Positions 10,501-20,868 of a stretch of DNA of 54,688 nucleotides are shown piece after piece. Origin of the DNA: a virus. Taxonomy: Duplodnaviria; Caudoviricetes. The notes under the pieces are model-generated. The model was given only the letters and a program-made list of their open reading frames with translations, ran no database searches and was not told the DNA's origin. Position 1 is the stretch's first letter. Each line of letters opens with the position of its first letter. Both the position numbers and the translations under genes were made by a program. The stretch lies in the IMG/VR virus record IMGVR_UViG_3300042485_001890, positions 1 through 54,688 of that record. One strand, written 5' to 3'.

Positions 10501-11309
10501 ACAACCGAATAAGCACCGTTGACCAGACTGGAAGGTATAGTTCCTGTGATAGTAATATTGCCTTCTGCATCACTGGCTGTGGTGACTCCGCCTGCACCTA
10601 CAAACTTGATGACTTCATCTGCAGATATTAATCTCTGTGTTGAATCATCTGCAGCCACTGAAAACTGATATGTGCCGCCCAGGTTGGGCTTGTTGGTTAG
10701 GTCGTTGTAACTGCCGCTGAACAAAGTAGGTTTGTTGGTTAGGTCGTTGTAACTGGTGATACCTACACCATCTACGGGACTGGCATCAACCCAACTAGCA
10801 TCATAATAAACATATGTTCTGCCCGATGCAGTGTCATACCATAGGTCGCCTAGACTAGGGTCTGCTGGAGCAGTTGAACTGGTAGTTACACTAGATCCTC
10901 CGCCACCTGTTACTAGACTGCCATCGACCAATAGATTGCCGCCGGCGTCTACAGATAATGCTATGCCACCTAGGAAAATTGTGTTGTTGCTGACATACAG
11001 ACTGCGCCAAGGCAATGTTGAACTACCTAGATCGCCACCATTGGCCACACTAGGCAACATATCTCCGCCAACTGTTAAGTTACTGGTTATGGTGGTTGCT
11101 TGATCAATCACAACGGGTGTGCTGTCAGTGGTACTGATAGTACTACCAGTGAATTCAAACGCACCAATATTTAAATTAACATCCGCATTTATTCCCAGTG
11201 CTGTGTAAAGTTCTGTGAAGTTAGCATTGACTTTTTGGAACGCGGCTCGTAGGCTATCGCCTTTCTTGTCGTTAGCTGTGGTACCTACATTAATATTCTG
11301 TTTTGCCAT
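7515..11309 (-). CDS. long tail fibre protein with YadA-like head repeats
   Basis: gp10-like N-terminus (NDKKGDSLRAAFQKVNANFTELY); about nine AVAIG..AG...Q repeats; modules shared with 3753-6791. Confidence 0.75.
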   Translation of the reverse strand: MAKQNINVGTTANDKKGDSLRAAFQKVNANFTELYTALGINADVNLNIGAFEFTGSTISTTDSTPVVIDQATTITSNLTVGGDMLPSVANGGDLGSSTLPWRSLYVSNNTIFLGGIALSVDAGGNLLVDGSLVTGGGGSSVTTSSTAPADPSLGDLWYDTASGRTYVYYDASWVDASPVDGVGITSYNDLTNKPTLFSGSYNDLTNKPNLGGTYQFSVAADDSTQRLISADEVIKFVGAGGVTTASDAEGNITITGTIPSSLVNGAYSVVQESTGNFKVNAQAIVSENQLAIEGDGLVQLQSANGSYISVWNEGNTKEINLVLVDNAEDPSQTWTFNTDRTLILPDDSRIKSATNIDITIDTPDSSTFNWRFGADGDLTLPTGGVISEGVVTSNPTIQLTPASPEVASQKLVIKGGGSYIYTDNGIEINYYVNTAQVGDTLTFYVYSDTYADQTLYWWIYPEGAGIADPDSGTVTLDGSGGDFSILVDSDDYEFTIRVSPEEDNYDPESIGVESGLINSDAPSYVGGDHHLHLTTGDLTETSIFLGTDDHNVRTTTNGKIQITTPNATNKIWEFDTAGDLTIPGDIKSNGNINIDINLADSTLRRWQFGEDGDLTFPNGVLKIAGNTISNYVAGDEEGSGSQLEVSQSKTVITNGVTNSLGEGGPSLTGQSLFEVSTNGILSSFQVINTLGEGESTLISEYLTELDNNSFKIGQRATNDLGDGSEPLVAFNGWTFGIEEDNITLAITFPDGTTQTTAAQAFSFSVAGDDSTQRVISNNELIKFTGAGGITTASDAEGNITINYVQGDIRSEGNINIDINLADSTLRRWHFGEDGELTVPGPISGLGNAKLDFTTYANVAYLTSTSDDTTALYMGSVSAELYAQTNILIRTNTDGASKQWTFGDDGSLTLPGSITLTNGAVIKDTAGDAVAFGSQAGLTSQSSGAVAVGNAAGQTTQGAYSVAIGTTAGLISQGQNAVAIGVSAGETSQSVDAVAIGNAAGLSLQGANTVAIGVSAGNTGQGAGAVAIGYYAGGGEQGVNSVAIGYAAGYNGQAANSIVLNATGSVLNQSIPNTFKVAPIRNISATSGVLQYNDSTKEVSYSNSVTAETFNTDQITVVGNRISTTVTNANLEIECNGTGGVVINTLAEATTASTARSAGYLGIPASAVSTTATLTIADAGEHIYVTTTGQTITIPAAASVAYPIGTTLTFIAGPSATTVTIAITSDTLRLAGGTSTGTRTLAANGMATAVKVAATTWYINGTGLT

Positions 11310-11310
11310 T

Positions 11311-13359
11311 TTACGCTCCTATGCTCACGCGGTGTATTGCTAGTCGACTACTACTCGATATGTCAACAGGTCCACCACTGACTTGTCTTATAGCAACTCT
11401 AACAGCATCTCCTGCAGAGGCCGGCATTACAGTTGAGTAGTGTAGATAACTGCCAGTCCAAGAACCATTGAAAATTACAACCGCTTTAGTGACATCAAGG
11501 TTAGTATCTATAGTAAGAAAGCTACCCGGGTTTAATGTTACTGTGGTTGAGAAATATACTGACATGTTGATCTGATAGTAACCTGTGTATGGTACTGTAA
11601 ATGTTCCAGTACTATACGAATTAGCAGTGTCAACTGTGTCAACAAACTGTATAAATGAGGCACTTGCTCCGTCGTTTACTGTCTGCGTAGTTGTTGTGGC
11701 AGCAATTACTGTAACAGGACTATAACTTTTTAGTACACTACCGTCACTGAATGTAATACCATTAGATACAGTAAGCTCGTTTTCTACATTGACATCGCTA
11801 CTAAAAATTGTTTTAGGAGTAACAGTAATTGCTGAACTGTCTGCTGAATCAATCAATGATGTAAAAATATTTCCAGTAAACGTACCGCTAAGTGTGCCGC
11901 TTACTGATCCTAATGCGGAATTATACGTAACTTCTTTTGTACTAGAATCGTATTGTACAATGCCGCTTGTGCCAGTTTGATTTCTAACGGGATTAACATA
12001 GAAACCAGCCGCTGGTGCATCTAGTGTAAATCCAGATGCGTTAATTGCAATGGATCCTGAAACAGCTGACGGATACCCTGCTCCATTGCCTATAGAAATA
12101 GCGTAATCGCCTTGACCTGCACCTGCGGCGGCTCCGATAGCAACAGCACGATTCCCTTGATTAACATTGCCTGCACCAGAACCAATAGCAACAGCGTAGT
12201 CTCCTTGATTAAATCCACCTGCTACGATTCCGATAGCAACAGAGTCTAAACCTTGCAGTCCGTCGCCCCCTGCGCCTATACCTAGTGTTACTCTTGAATC
12301 TGATGTTCTTAATGTTGTGGCTTCTATATTACCGTAGATTGTGGCAGAGTTGCCATCTATGATCTGCGAACTATCATCTGCAAACACTGAACCTATAAAA
12401 TTTCCTCTCAGTACACCGTTAGTAGCATCTACCAACATGGTAGAGTCATCTGCAAACACTGAACCTCTGATATCTAAATTGCTGTTTACACTGAATGTTA
12501 GTGTATCTGTTGCAGTGTCTTTGGTAATTGTTAGTCCGTTACCGGATATCAAATTCAGTGTATCTGAAATATTGTCAGCTGCCACTGGCTGTAAGGTAGC
12601 ACCGTCTACAACAATAAATCTAAATGTTGGACTTGCTGGCGCCAAATTGGTAATGGTTACTATTCCTGTGCCATCACCAGTTACACCGATCTGACTAGCA
12701 GTTCCTACGATCTGTTTGACACCAAGATTGGTCAGGGTCACACTACCTGAAGCAGCACTTACTCCGATGCCACCTGCTGTGCCTGCCAAACTAGTAACGC
12801 CCAAATTGGTCAATGTCACTGTACCAGTTGCAGCACTGACTCCGATCTGCCCCACAGTACCTGCAAGGCCTATTACACCACTGTTGGCAATTGTTAGTGT
12901 GTCAGTAGTGGCATTGGTAGTCAATGTTATACCACTGTTGCCAGCTGCCACAGTCAGTGTATCTACCACACTGTCTGCCACAATATCCGACTGTCCTGCC
13001 ACTGAGAAAGTTTTAAAAGCTGTGTTTGCAGGATCTATAATCAGTTGTCCGTTTATAGTGGTACCCGATGGCAGATTTAATACACCTGCTAGATTGGCAG
13101 TTATCTGAGCTGAGCCAAGATATAAACTTGAACCAGCTAGATAAAGATCTCTCCAACGAGCTGTCGGGCTACCTAGATCATAAACTTCGCTAGCACTGGG
13201 CTTGATATCAGTGCTAAGACTGGTAAAGTCTAGTACTCCTCCCGGTCCCCCTATGCTACCGTACAGTTCATCAAAGTTGGCATTTATTTTTGTAAATGCT
13301 TCCTCTACTGTGCTCCATACAATTGGAGGACTGCCTGCGTTTAGTGTCTGTTGTGCCAT
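11311..13359 (-). CDS. tail fibre protein, YadA-like repeats and C1q/TNF-like C-terminal domain
   Basis: AFTKINANFDELY N-terminus; G/T-rich shaft; VAIG repeats; TGTFTVPYTGYYQINMSV C1q-like motif. Confidence 0.7.
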   Translation of the reverse strand: MAQQTLNAGSPPIVWSTVEEAFTKINANFDELYGSIGGPGGVLDFTSLSTDIKPSASEVYDLGSPTARWRDLYLAGSSLYLGSAQITANLAGVLNLPSGTTINGQLIIDPANTAFKTFSVAGQSDIVADSVVDTLTVAAGNSGITLTTNATTDTLTIANSGVIGLAGTVGQIGVSAATGTVTLTNLGVTSLAGTAGGIGVSAASGSVTLTNLGVKQIVGTASQIGVTGDGTGIVTITNLAPASPTFRFIVVDGATLQPVAADNISDTLNLISGNGLTITKDTATDTLTFSVNSNLDIRGSVFADDSTMLVDATNGVLRGNFIGSVFADDSSQIIDGNSATIYGNIEATTLRTSDSRVTLGIGAGGDGLQGLDSVAIGIVAGGFNQGDYAVAIGSGAGNVNQGNRAVAIGAAAGAGQGDYAISIGNGAGYPSAVSGSIAINASGFTLDAPAAGFYVNPVRNQTGTSGIVQYDSSTKEVTYNSALGSVSGTLSGTFTGNIFTSLIDSADSSAITVTPKTIFSSDVNVENELTVSNGITFSDGSVLKSYSPVTVIAATTTTQTVNDGASASFIQFVDTVDTANSYSTGTFTVPYTGYYQINMSVYFSTTVTLNPGSFLTIDTNLDVTKAVVIFNGSWTGSYLHYSTVMPASAGDAVRVAIRQVSGGPVDISSSSRLAIHRVSIGA

Positions 13360-16300
13360 TAGTTTCTTCCCACGGCCACTTCAATAGTGCCAATATGATC
13401 TGAATCGTAGTTCTCTAGTGCTTTGCCAATCACTGTGCCTGTTCTAGCATCGCCGCCTGCACTCACAGCACAGCCTGCAATGTTGCTGGCAATCAGCAGA
13501 TCCCCTTTCTCAATCTTTCCAACTACACGACAAGGCACCCTACCCTGTAGAGCCACTTGATTTTTAAATCCTGGGCAATCACCATTCATGGAATAGGCAG
13601 CATTATCGCTCACGACGCCAGCCACTCTATGATCACCTTGTCGATTGGCTATAGTGACTTCTTTGTCGCCGCCAAATATCAACACAGTGCCCACAGCATA
13701 CTCTCGATCGCCTTCGTAGTATTCTGCCAAATCCGCAGCGTAAGTTGCTTGGAATCTGCTGGAGCCATCCAGTGACCAATAGCCTGTAATCGTACCCGGA
13801 GTTGTTATACCACCTGTGCTGATACTGGTACAACTTTTTAATGCTGCTACACTGATACCGGTAGAATCAAGAGTGGCAAATGTTGTGGCACTGTCTTGAC
13901 TGCGGAATATGTGTTGTGTGTTGTTGTAGAAAGTTTTCTTATCATTGGCTGGTACTGTACCATCACCTATGAAAATACCCACTTGTCCCAAGAAACCATA
14001 GTACTGAAGAAATCCTCCAGTACCGCTGGCATTGCTATCAACAGATAGTATACCGTCGATTTTAAGCTGCGAAAGATCAACGTTACGTGCAGCAAAATCT
14101 CCGTTACTATCACGTTTTACCAAGGTGCTCGCAGTGTTTGATGAAGCTTCGTCAACAATACTATACGCCCAACTTGCACGAACGGTGCCATCTCCGCCGG
14201 TGTGTCGTAGATAGCCAGTAGTTGTGGCGCTGCCGTAATCTGACAGTCTCAGAGCCAAACCTTCATCAACCACAGTGGCAAAAGTCACTTCAGCAACATT
14301 GGCTGTTGAAGCTGAACTGTTGCCCAGCAGTCTATCTGCTCCAACCTGCGCCAATTTACTCAGCGCCAGACCGTTGTCTTTGACTGTGACCCAACCGTTG
14401 GTCAGTGTGAATTGCGCAGTATCAAAACTTGATATACCTCGCAGAGCTGAGACAGTACCACTTATGCCGGATCCTGTAGTTGTGCTGCTATAGGTTACTG
14501 TAGTGGTATTACACGCCAAAACAGTATGAGTTCCGTTGTATCCACTCACGGTTAATCCTGTGACTACAATTTTTTGTCCTGCTGTAAACGGAGCACTGGA
14601 CTGTGCTGAAGGGAATGTGATAGTGGCCACAGAACCGCTGCCAGTTGCAGTGATGTTGGTAATACTGGCTGATATGGTAGCATAGGCATTGTTCAAACTC
14701 AATTTGGCCTGATCAATAGCCGCTGTGGACATGATATTTGCATCGTCAATGACACCATCACTAATGGTAGTTCTTATGACGTTGGTTGTGCTGTCACCTA
14801 GCAATATGTCAAAAGTAACTTCGCCTGTGGGTGTCACATTGATAATGGTGTTACCTGTGCCATCCAAGGTTAACAATTGTCCCGATTGTGACTGTGTAAA
14901 GTTAAACAGGTTGGTTCCGTCTGTGTCTTTGAGATTGTTAATGGTTATGCTGTCCAGTCTGGCAGCATCACTGGCTAATGTAGGCACCCCAAGATTTTGA
15001 ATCTTGTACGAATTCATATCCATGTTAGCAGGTCCAACCCAAGGCAAATCTCCGCTGAGAGCCATGAATCCCACATTGTTAGGCACACGATCGCCTAGAG
15101 CAATAACGTTGCCATTGAAATCTAATCCCAGCCTACGACCAATATAGGTTCTAACTGCTGATTCTGTAGGCACCGCATCAACACGACCTTCGTCCATTGC
15201 TGTGGAGAATTCTGAAATAGTTGTACCACGTTTAAATCCTAGTCCGTCTAACTGACTCAGGGCAATACTAGCAGAGAATGTAACAGTGCCAGTACCCTGA
15301 TCAACTCTAAAGAATGGCCCCACGTTAAAGTTACCAAATTGGTCAGTGGTCACAAAGAATGTGCGACCCGAACCTCGTTCTTGCATCTGAGCACGTAGTA
15401 CCACTTGCCCTGTTTCAGTATCCGATTGCGTGGCATATGTCGGTACTGAAATAATTGAATTGACGGGCGGCCCGTAGATCTCACTAGGATAGTTAGTATC
15501 GGCATAGCCGCCTGTACCAATTTCCAATAGATCGTGTGATGTCACACGAGTCAAACTGATCCTAATAGTTAGTGTACCATCAGTCAGCGCACCTGGTCCT
15601 GGAGCTGATCCTTTGAGAGTAGGCGGATCATTGAATCTTACCACACTGCGTACTAATGCTGGACTGACTGTCAGCAGTGCATAGTCTTGAAGAGTTGTAT
15701 CACTGTCTTGATAATTGGTTATTTCGTATTCTTGGCCTTCGTGAACAAATCTATAAAATGTACCAGCAGCTATACCAGTTAGCAATCTATTGCCGTCACT
15801 GCCGCCTAGATTTCCTATACCAAATGTGGTATCACCACGTTCACCTTGAATCAGTTTGTAGGAGACAGTGGTGCCGGATGTAGTGATATCTAACACGCTG
15901 CCTTCTAGTTGGAAAGCTATCGTTCCTGTTGTGGCTGCTGTAGAAGACTGCACCACAATGCTGTTGGTAGCTGCAGAAACAGAATAAATCACTGAGTCCG
16001 CACCTAATGCGCCTGTACCACCAGTAGCTATGACACCACCGCTGTCTGTAGCAATGGTTGCGCTGGCAAATGTCACAGTGGTATTGGTACAGGTCACCAC
16101 GGTTTGTGCGCCATTGAATGGCACACCACCTACAGCAAATGCGCTCACAGTAATCAACTGGAATGGCAAATATGGAGGAACGTTTTGTGCAGCAAATGTC
16201 AATGTGCAGGTGGTACCGTTACCTACCGCAGTCACGCCGGTGATGTTTGGTCTTGTGACCAAACTTGACCCTAATACAAAATTTTCCAAGCAGGTGATAT

Positions 16301-19300
16301 CTGTAATAGTTGTAAAATAAGGACCTGCACCAGTGGACACTCCCAGTGTTGGTCCTACTGCAAATGCTAAAGCAGTAGGTACACCTATAAATGTGCTGTC
16401 TATCAAAGCTCTGGTACTGACACTGAAATCATTAGCAGTCAGCCCAGCTGTAATCACAAAGTATACTGTGTTTACAGTCAAACCTCCGGGCAACACACCA
16501 GCACTGAATCTTACAGGTTGACCAGCTGTGAGTCCGTGACTGTTTTTGGTAAACGTATTGGCCACTGTGCTTACACTGGTCACAGCGTTGGCTGCTCCTG
16601 TTTCTACCCCGGGCTCATACACAGTGATTTCTATGTAATCATAATTTTCTCTACCCTGTGCCAAGGCCAATCCATACGGAACCATAGTGGGACTTCCCGA
16701 CACTGCTGAACCAGTAAATGTGGTTATGCCTGCACCTGTTGCTGTAGCAGAAATAGTAAATGTTGTGGGTGTCGGCGCAGCCTTGACATAATATATGACA
16801 CCGTCGTCGACTGTGACACCTGCAGTAATTTCGTTGGGTAACACTGCGCCTGGAGGTTTAACAAATCTCACTTGATATCCTGCACGCTGTCTATGATTGA
16901 TATCAGTTGTTATAACTCCAGTGCCATAGTTTATACCTGTGACAGTATAGGTTTCTAGATCATATGTTTCATCATAGTTTGTGAATTCCAATTGCCTATA
17001 GACAAAATTACTGTCATTTATTATCAAAGCAGTACTAGGTCTAGTTGCTACTTCTACTATGTCTCCGTGTAACACATGAAAGCTGTTGTTTCTAACAGTG
17101 ACACGTTGTCCATGCGGTACTGCTGCTACAAGACCACCACCTGTGCTGATATTTAATTTTGCACGTTTGGTAGCAACGTCGTTGATCTGTGCCGTAGTGA
17201 TAACGTATCGTACAATTTGACCGCCATGATTGATTTCTAATTCACTGGATGGCAAAGGAAAGAAATCATCATAATTTACATATAATATGTTTTCTCCTTT
17301 TTCGTTCAATGTGTCAACTGTGGCAGCAAAAACTGTGGCAGTCTGCGCAAGATCAGTATAAAATCCAGTAGGAGTTGGAACTTCCAATGGATCACTGGCT
17401 TCTGCTACCAATGCAAAGTTTCCGTGAGCACTGGATCCACCTACACTTCTAATCTGTCCACCATTCAATGAATAGTAGGAAATTTGACAGTAGTAGGTAA
17501 ACATACTGACAGCTTCAGCTAGACCGCCGTTGGTAGTTATAAGACCGTAGCCTAGATCACAAACTTGTGTAAAGTCGTTGCTGAGCATGGAACGATTACC
17601 GGGCGTAAGAACTTCAAACACTCTGATAAAGCTGTGTACACCTGTCCCTGCACCCACAAAAGTTACTGCTGTGGTACTGCCAGCCACTGCGGCTACTCTA
17701 AATTGAGTAAGAGTAAATCCAGCCAGCAACACATAGTATTCTTGATTGGCAGCAATACCAGTTGGCAATGTTCCAGTGGAACTGAATTTTATAATAGCAC
17801 CTGGTTGTAGTTCGTGAGCAGATGCGGTAGTTATATTTGGAGTACTAAATGTACAGGTAATTGATCCAGCAGCAGGGGTGTAAGGTGTCAGTTCGTCCAA
17901 TATAAATTGAGCGGTACTAAATCCCCCTGTGGTGGATGTGGCAGCACCTGTTCCAAATGTATATCCTCTGATGTAGTTTATTCTGTAAATTTCACCACTG
18001 ACAATGAAACTGCAAGGCGTATTAGGAGGTCTCAGCAGTCCTGATACTCGTAAAAATATATTACTGTCTTTGCTGTCTATGACAAATTTCTGATTGCCTG
18101 CGAATCCATCCACAAACATACCGCCGGCAAATGTTTTGGTATTTACACTTCTACTAAAAGACGCAGATTCTTGACAGTACGGAGATTTTGCAAGAATCTG
18201 TCCCTCTGGGTCCAAGACCATTGAAAATCCACCTTGACCCTGGAAGGTCATGGCTCTTAGGATCACAGCATCGTTACACAAGAACATGTCCATATCGCCA
18301 TTGTCTTTGGGATAGTTTACTGCTCCACTGTTGCTGATAACGTCAACTATGGCATTGGTCAACAGTGTGATCACAGTGTCGGATCCTACTTCTGCCACCA
18401 AACCTTCGTCTAGAGTCTGTAGTGTTGGTACTGTGGCGGTAGTGGCCACACTACCGGACAATGTATATAATATTGCAATATTCACATTGTCGATAATGTC
18501 TTGGGCCAAGGTGTTGATGCGCTGAATACCTGCCACAGTCTGAGACAGTTGCGCACCAATAGCCAAGGCAGGATTACTGCCCGGAACTGCTGGTCCCTTG
18601 TATTTCAATGCAGCAGAAATTGTACGATTCTGGCCACTCCATTTCAAATCAAATACCATAGAGTCTATGATCAATCCAACGTCCCTATAACAGATATCTT
18701 CATTATAGTTAAATGCAGACGTAAATGGAGCAGTGTTTGTTGAAATTTGATTATTGATCCAACCTATGACCTGATCTTGAATAAACTTTCTGTTCAAAGT
18801 AATCAGTCGTGCAGCACTGGTATAGTTGCCTTTGTTATTGATCAACGGATAAACAGGCTGTGAAGAATCTGCTAGATAGTGATAACCGTACAGTTCGGTA
18901 GCCACAGTTAATCCGTCTACAATAGGATCTCGTCTAAAATTCAAAAATGCCCAGGGACTGGAACTATCAAATCCTATCTGTGGTCTAATAATAGTTCTGC
19001 GAAATTCATCGCCTATCACTGCAACGTTTTGAGGCACACGCAATGGTAGATTTTCTAGATAAATGCCAGTTTCCACGAATACCGAAATTTGAATACGTTT
19101 GGTTACATCGCCGAATGATATAGCTTCTGGATATCCTAAATCTCCAGGTTCTAAAAATTTTCCACTGATGATATCAACGTCAAATTCTTCGTTGCCGGAT
19201 GAGTCCAGGGTACCGTCGTGTGCTAGAATCTGCGCAAGGGCACCGGAAGTTTCTCCACGAAGATATAACCCTTCTCGTATGTCTTTGGCTGCATTAGCAG

Positions 19301-20798
19301 CCACAGTGCTCAATGCCGGGTTGCCGGTAAAGTCTGTTCTGTACCCACTAGTAGACAGTCTAAATCTTGGAAGACTCACAAGTATAGATGGCTGAGAAGT
19401 AAACCCAGATCCTCCGTTGGTAATACTGATACTGTTTATACCGCCATCAATTGCGCTGACATCTGCTACACCAAAGGCTCCGCTGCCACCACCGCCATTA
19501 AATCTCACCGACACTAGTCCATATCCAGATCCACGGCCGCCTGAGTTAACCTGTACTCTGGCCACTTTGAATGTGAGATTCAAAGTGCATCCAGTTCTAA
19601 CACCAATACTACTGCCGGGACAGGTAGTGGCTGCAGGAGCCACTGGCGCTGGCAACACACTGTAGTTGCCGCCAGTGATCTGTCTAATGGCAGTGACCGG
19701 ACCTCGTCCTCCTGTGCCACCGGGACCAACTGACAGCACTTGATATCTTGCTGGAGTGCCTGTGCCTGTTGCAACAGTAAGTATGTCACCAGGTAGATAG
19801 TTTAAGCCTCCACTAGCAATCTCAACGGTATCCACATTCATAAAAATAAATGCTGGACTAAACCCAGTGCCTGTAGTAGCACCGGTATCGTCAATTTCTA
19901 CCAAGGTACAAGGCTCATCTCCGTTGTTCCAGGTAAGAACTTTCTTGTAAGGACCAATTTCTAACGGTGCCTCGAGTACCAATTCTTCTGCTCGTTTAAG
20001 AGCAGCTTCTAGAGTTTTATATGCATAGGCCAAACTGCGACCTTGTCTGTCCAGACCAACACCCGGCCGATCATCTAAACCGGCTGTACTCACATACAGA
20101 TTCACTGTGCTACTGTAACCAGAACTGTCAACATATCGTTTAGTGGCAGCAATCAAACCATTGTAGGCCACATCATCATCGTCTACAGGATCTCTTGAAA
20201 GTATCAGCGGTCCTGTCATGGTACCAAATGCAGTGTTGGTGGTATTAGTAGCAGGATCAAGGGCATCTATTCCTTGAAGAGATATCTTGGAATCCACATA
20301 GCCTTTGTTGGCCGCCAATCTATTTGTTTCTGTGGCAGTAGATCCGTGAACTGTGTTTATCCTACCGATCGAATCAGTAAGTTCGGAAAAAGATCCAATG
20401 TTAGGTAAATTTCCAATGGGATATCTGACACCACCACCTTGAGCATTAACTGGACCTCCTAGATTCGGACTAGGATCACCTGAGATGTCTGAAAACAGGC
20501 TGTTGACCACAATGGAATTTTGACTGGTATCAAAATCAATTTGAATACCTTCACCTGCTTCTAGTTTTTTAAAAACTACTCCGTCTGTGGTATCATTGAC
20601 AACAACCAAGGCATTTTCGTAATCGTTGGGGAATGATGCAGGGGTATCGTCTAGGCCTATGAACGTGAGTTTTTCACCTAGTCCTAGTGAACTATAGAGT
20701 TCTCTAAAGTTATCGTTAACAGATCTAAAACTGTCTCTGATACTGTCGCCAGTGCCGTCGTTGCCAATTGCACCAATATTAATAATTTTTCTTGCCAT
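13359..20798 (-). CDS. giant baseplate/tail structural protein with C-terminal peptidase G2-like intramolecular chaperone
   Basis: 2479 aa; NDGTGDSIRDSFRSVNDNFRELY N-terminus; C-terminal ADLAEYY...AGVVS...VALQGRVPCRVVGKIEKGDLL. Confidence 0.75.
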   Translation of the reverse strand: MARKIINIGAIGNDGTGDSIRDSFRSVNDNFRELYSSLGLGEKLTFIGLDDTPASFPNDYENALVVVNDTTDGVVFKKLEAGEGIQIDFDTSQNSIVVNSLFSDISGDPSPNLGGPVNAQGGGVRYPIGNLPNIGSFSELTDSIGRINTVHGSTATETNRLAANKGYVDSKISLQGIDALDPATNTTNTAFGTMTGPLILSRDPVDDDDVAYNGLIAATKRYVDSSGYSSTVNLYVSTAGLDDRPGVGLDRQGRSLAYAYKTLEAALKRAEELVLEAPLEIGPYKKVLTWNNGDEPCTLVEIDDTGATTGTGFSPAFIFMNVDTVEIASGGLNYLPGDILTVATGTGTPARYQVLSVGPGGTGGRGPVTAIRQITGGNYSVLPAPVAPAATTCPGSSIGVRTGCTLNLTFKVARVQVNSGGRGSGYGLVSVRFNGGGGSGAFGVADVSAIDGGINSISITNGGSGFTSQPSILVSLPRFRLSTSGYRTDFTGNPALSTVAANAAKDIREGLYLRGETSGALAQILAHDGTLDSSGNEEFDVDIISGKFLEPGDLGYPEAISFGDVTKRIQISVFVETGIYLENLPLRVPQNVAVIGDEFRRTIIRPQIGFDSSSPWAFLNFRRDPIVDGLTVATELYGYHYLADSSQPVYPLINNKGNYTSAARLITLNRKFIQDQVIGWINNQISTNTAPFTSAFNYNEDICYRDVGLIIDSMVFDLKWSGQNRTISAALKYKGPAVPGSNPALAIGAQLSQTVAGIQRINTLAQDIIDNVNIAILYTLSGSVATTATVPTLQTLDEGLVAEVGSDTVITLLTNAIVDVISNSGAVNYPKDNGDMDMFLCNDAVILRAMTFQGQGGFSMVLDPEGQILAKSPYCQESASFSRSVNTKTFAGGMFVDGFAGNQKFVIDSKDSNIFLRVSGLLRPPNTPCSFIVSGEIYRINYIRGYTFGTGAATSTTGGFSTAQFILDELTPYTPAAGSITCTFSTPNITTASAHELQPGAIIKFSSTGTLPTGIAANQEYYVLLAGFTLTQFRVAAVAGSTTAVTFVGAGTGVHSFIRVFEVLTPGNRSMLSNDFTQVCDLGYGLITTNGGLAEAVSMFTYYCQISYYSLNGGQIRSVGGSSAHGNFALVAEASDPLEVPTPTGFYTDLAQTATVFAATVDTLNEKGENILYVNYDDFFPLPSSELEINHGGQIVRYVITTAQINDVATKRAKLNISTGGGLVAAVPHGQRVTVRNNSFHVLHGDIVEVATRPSTALIINDSNFVYRQLEFTNYDETYDLETYTVTGINYGTGVITTDINHRQRAGYQVRFVKPPGAVLPNEITAGVTVDDGVIYYVKAAPTPTTFTISATATGAGITTFTGSAVSGSPTMVPYGLALAQGRENYDYIEITVYEPGVETGAANAVTSVSTVANTFTKNSHGLTAGQPVRFSAGVLPGGLTVNTVYFVITAGLTANDFSVSTRALIDSTFIGVPTALAFAVGPTLGVSTGAGPYFTTITDITCLENFVLGSSLVTRPNITGVTAVGNGTTCTLTFAAQNVPPYLPFQLITVSAFAVGGVPFNGAQTVVTCTNTTVTFASATIATDSGGVIATGGTGALGADSVIYSVSAATNSIVVQSSTAATTGTIAFQLEGSVLDITTSGTTVSYKLIQGERGDTTFGIGNLGGSDGNRLLTGIAAGTFYRFVHEGQEYEITNYQDSDTTLQDYALLTVSPALVRSVVRFNDPPTLKGSAPGPGALTDGTLTIRISLTRVTSHDLLEIGTGGYADTNYPSEIYGPPVNSIISVPTYATQSDTETGQVVLRAQMQERGSGRTFFVTTDQFGNFNVGPFFRVDQGTGTVTFSASIALSQLDGLGFKRGTTISEFSTAMDEGRVDAVPTESAVRTYIGRRLGLDFNGNVIALGDRVPNNVGFMALSGDLPWVGPANMDMNSYKIQNLGVPTLASDAARLDSITINNLKDTDGTNLFNFTQSQSGQLLTLDGTGNTIINVTPTGEVTFDILLGDSTTNVIRTTISDGVIDDANIMSTAAIDQAKLSLNNAYATISASITNITATGSGSVATITFPSAQSSAPFTAGQKIVVTGLTVSGYNGTHTVLACNTTTVTYSSTTTGSGISGTVSALRGISSFDTAQFTLTNGWVTVKDNGLALSKLAQVGADRLLGNSSASTANVAEVTFATVVDEGLALRLSDYGSATTTGYLRHTGGDGTVRASWAYSIVDEASSNTASTLVKRDSNGDFAARNVDLSQLKIDGILSVDSNASGTGGFLQYYGFLGQVGIFIGDGTVPANDKKTFYNNTQHIFRSQDSATTFATLDSTGISVAALKSCTSISTGGITTPGTITGYWSLDGSSRFQATYAADLAEYYEGDREYAVGTVLIFGGDKEVTIANRQGDHRVAGVVSDNAAYSMNGDCPGFKNQVALQGRVPCRVVGKIEKGDLLIASNIAGCAVSAGGDARTGTVIGKALENYDSDHIGTIEVAVGRN

Positions 20799-20828
20799 AG
20801 CAAATCCTATGTGTTTGGATATCGATAA

Positions 20829-20864
20829 TATTTATCCAAAGTTTTTATAAGCCTAATGTAAATA
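20829..20864. promoter_or_regulatory. divergent T4-like late promoters (TAAATA on each strand)
   Basis: tattta at 20829-20834 (minus) and TAAATA at 20859-20864 (plus, 4 nt before ATG 20869). Confidence 0.6.
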
Positions 20865-20868
20865 ATAG

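Noticed and set aside
4737-10755. CRISPR array or mobile-element repeats
   Set aside because: Repeats are in-frame protein modules, irregularly spaced and degenerate at third positions; no cas or transposase genes
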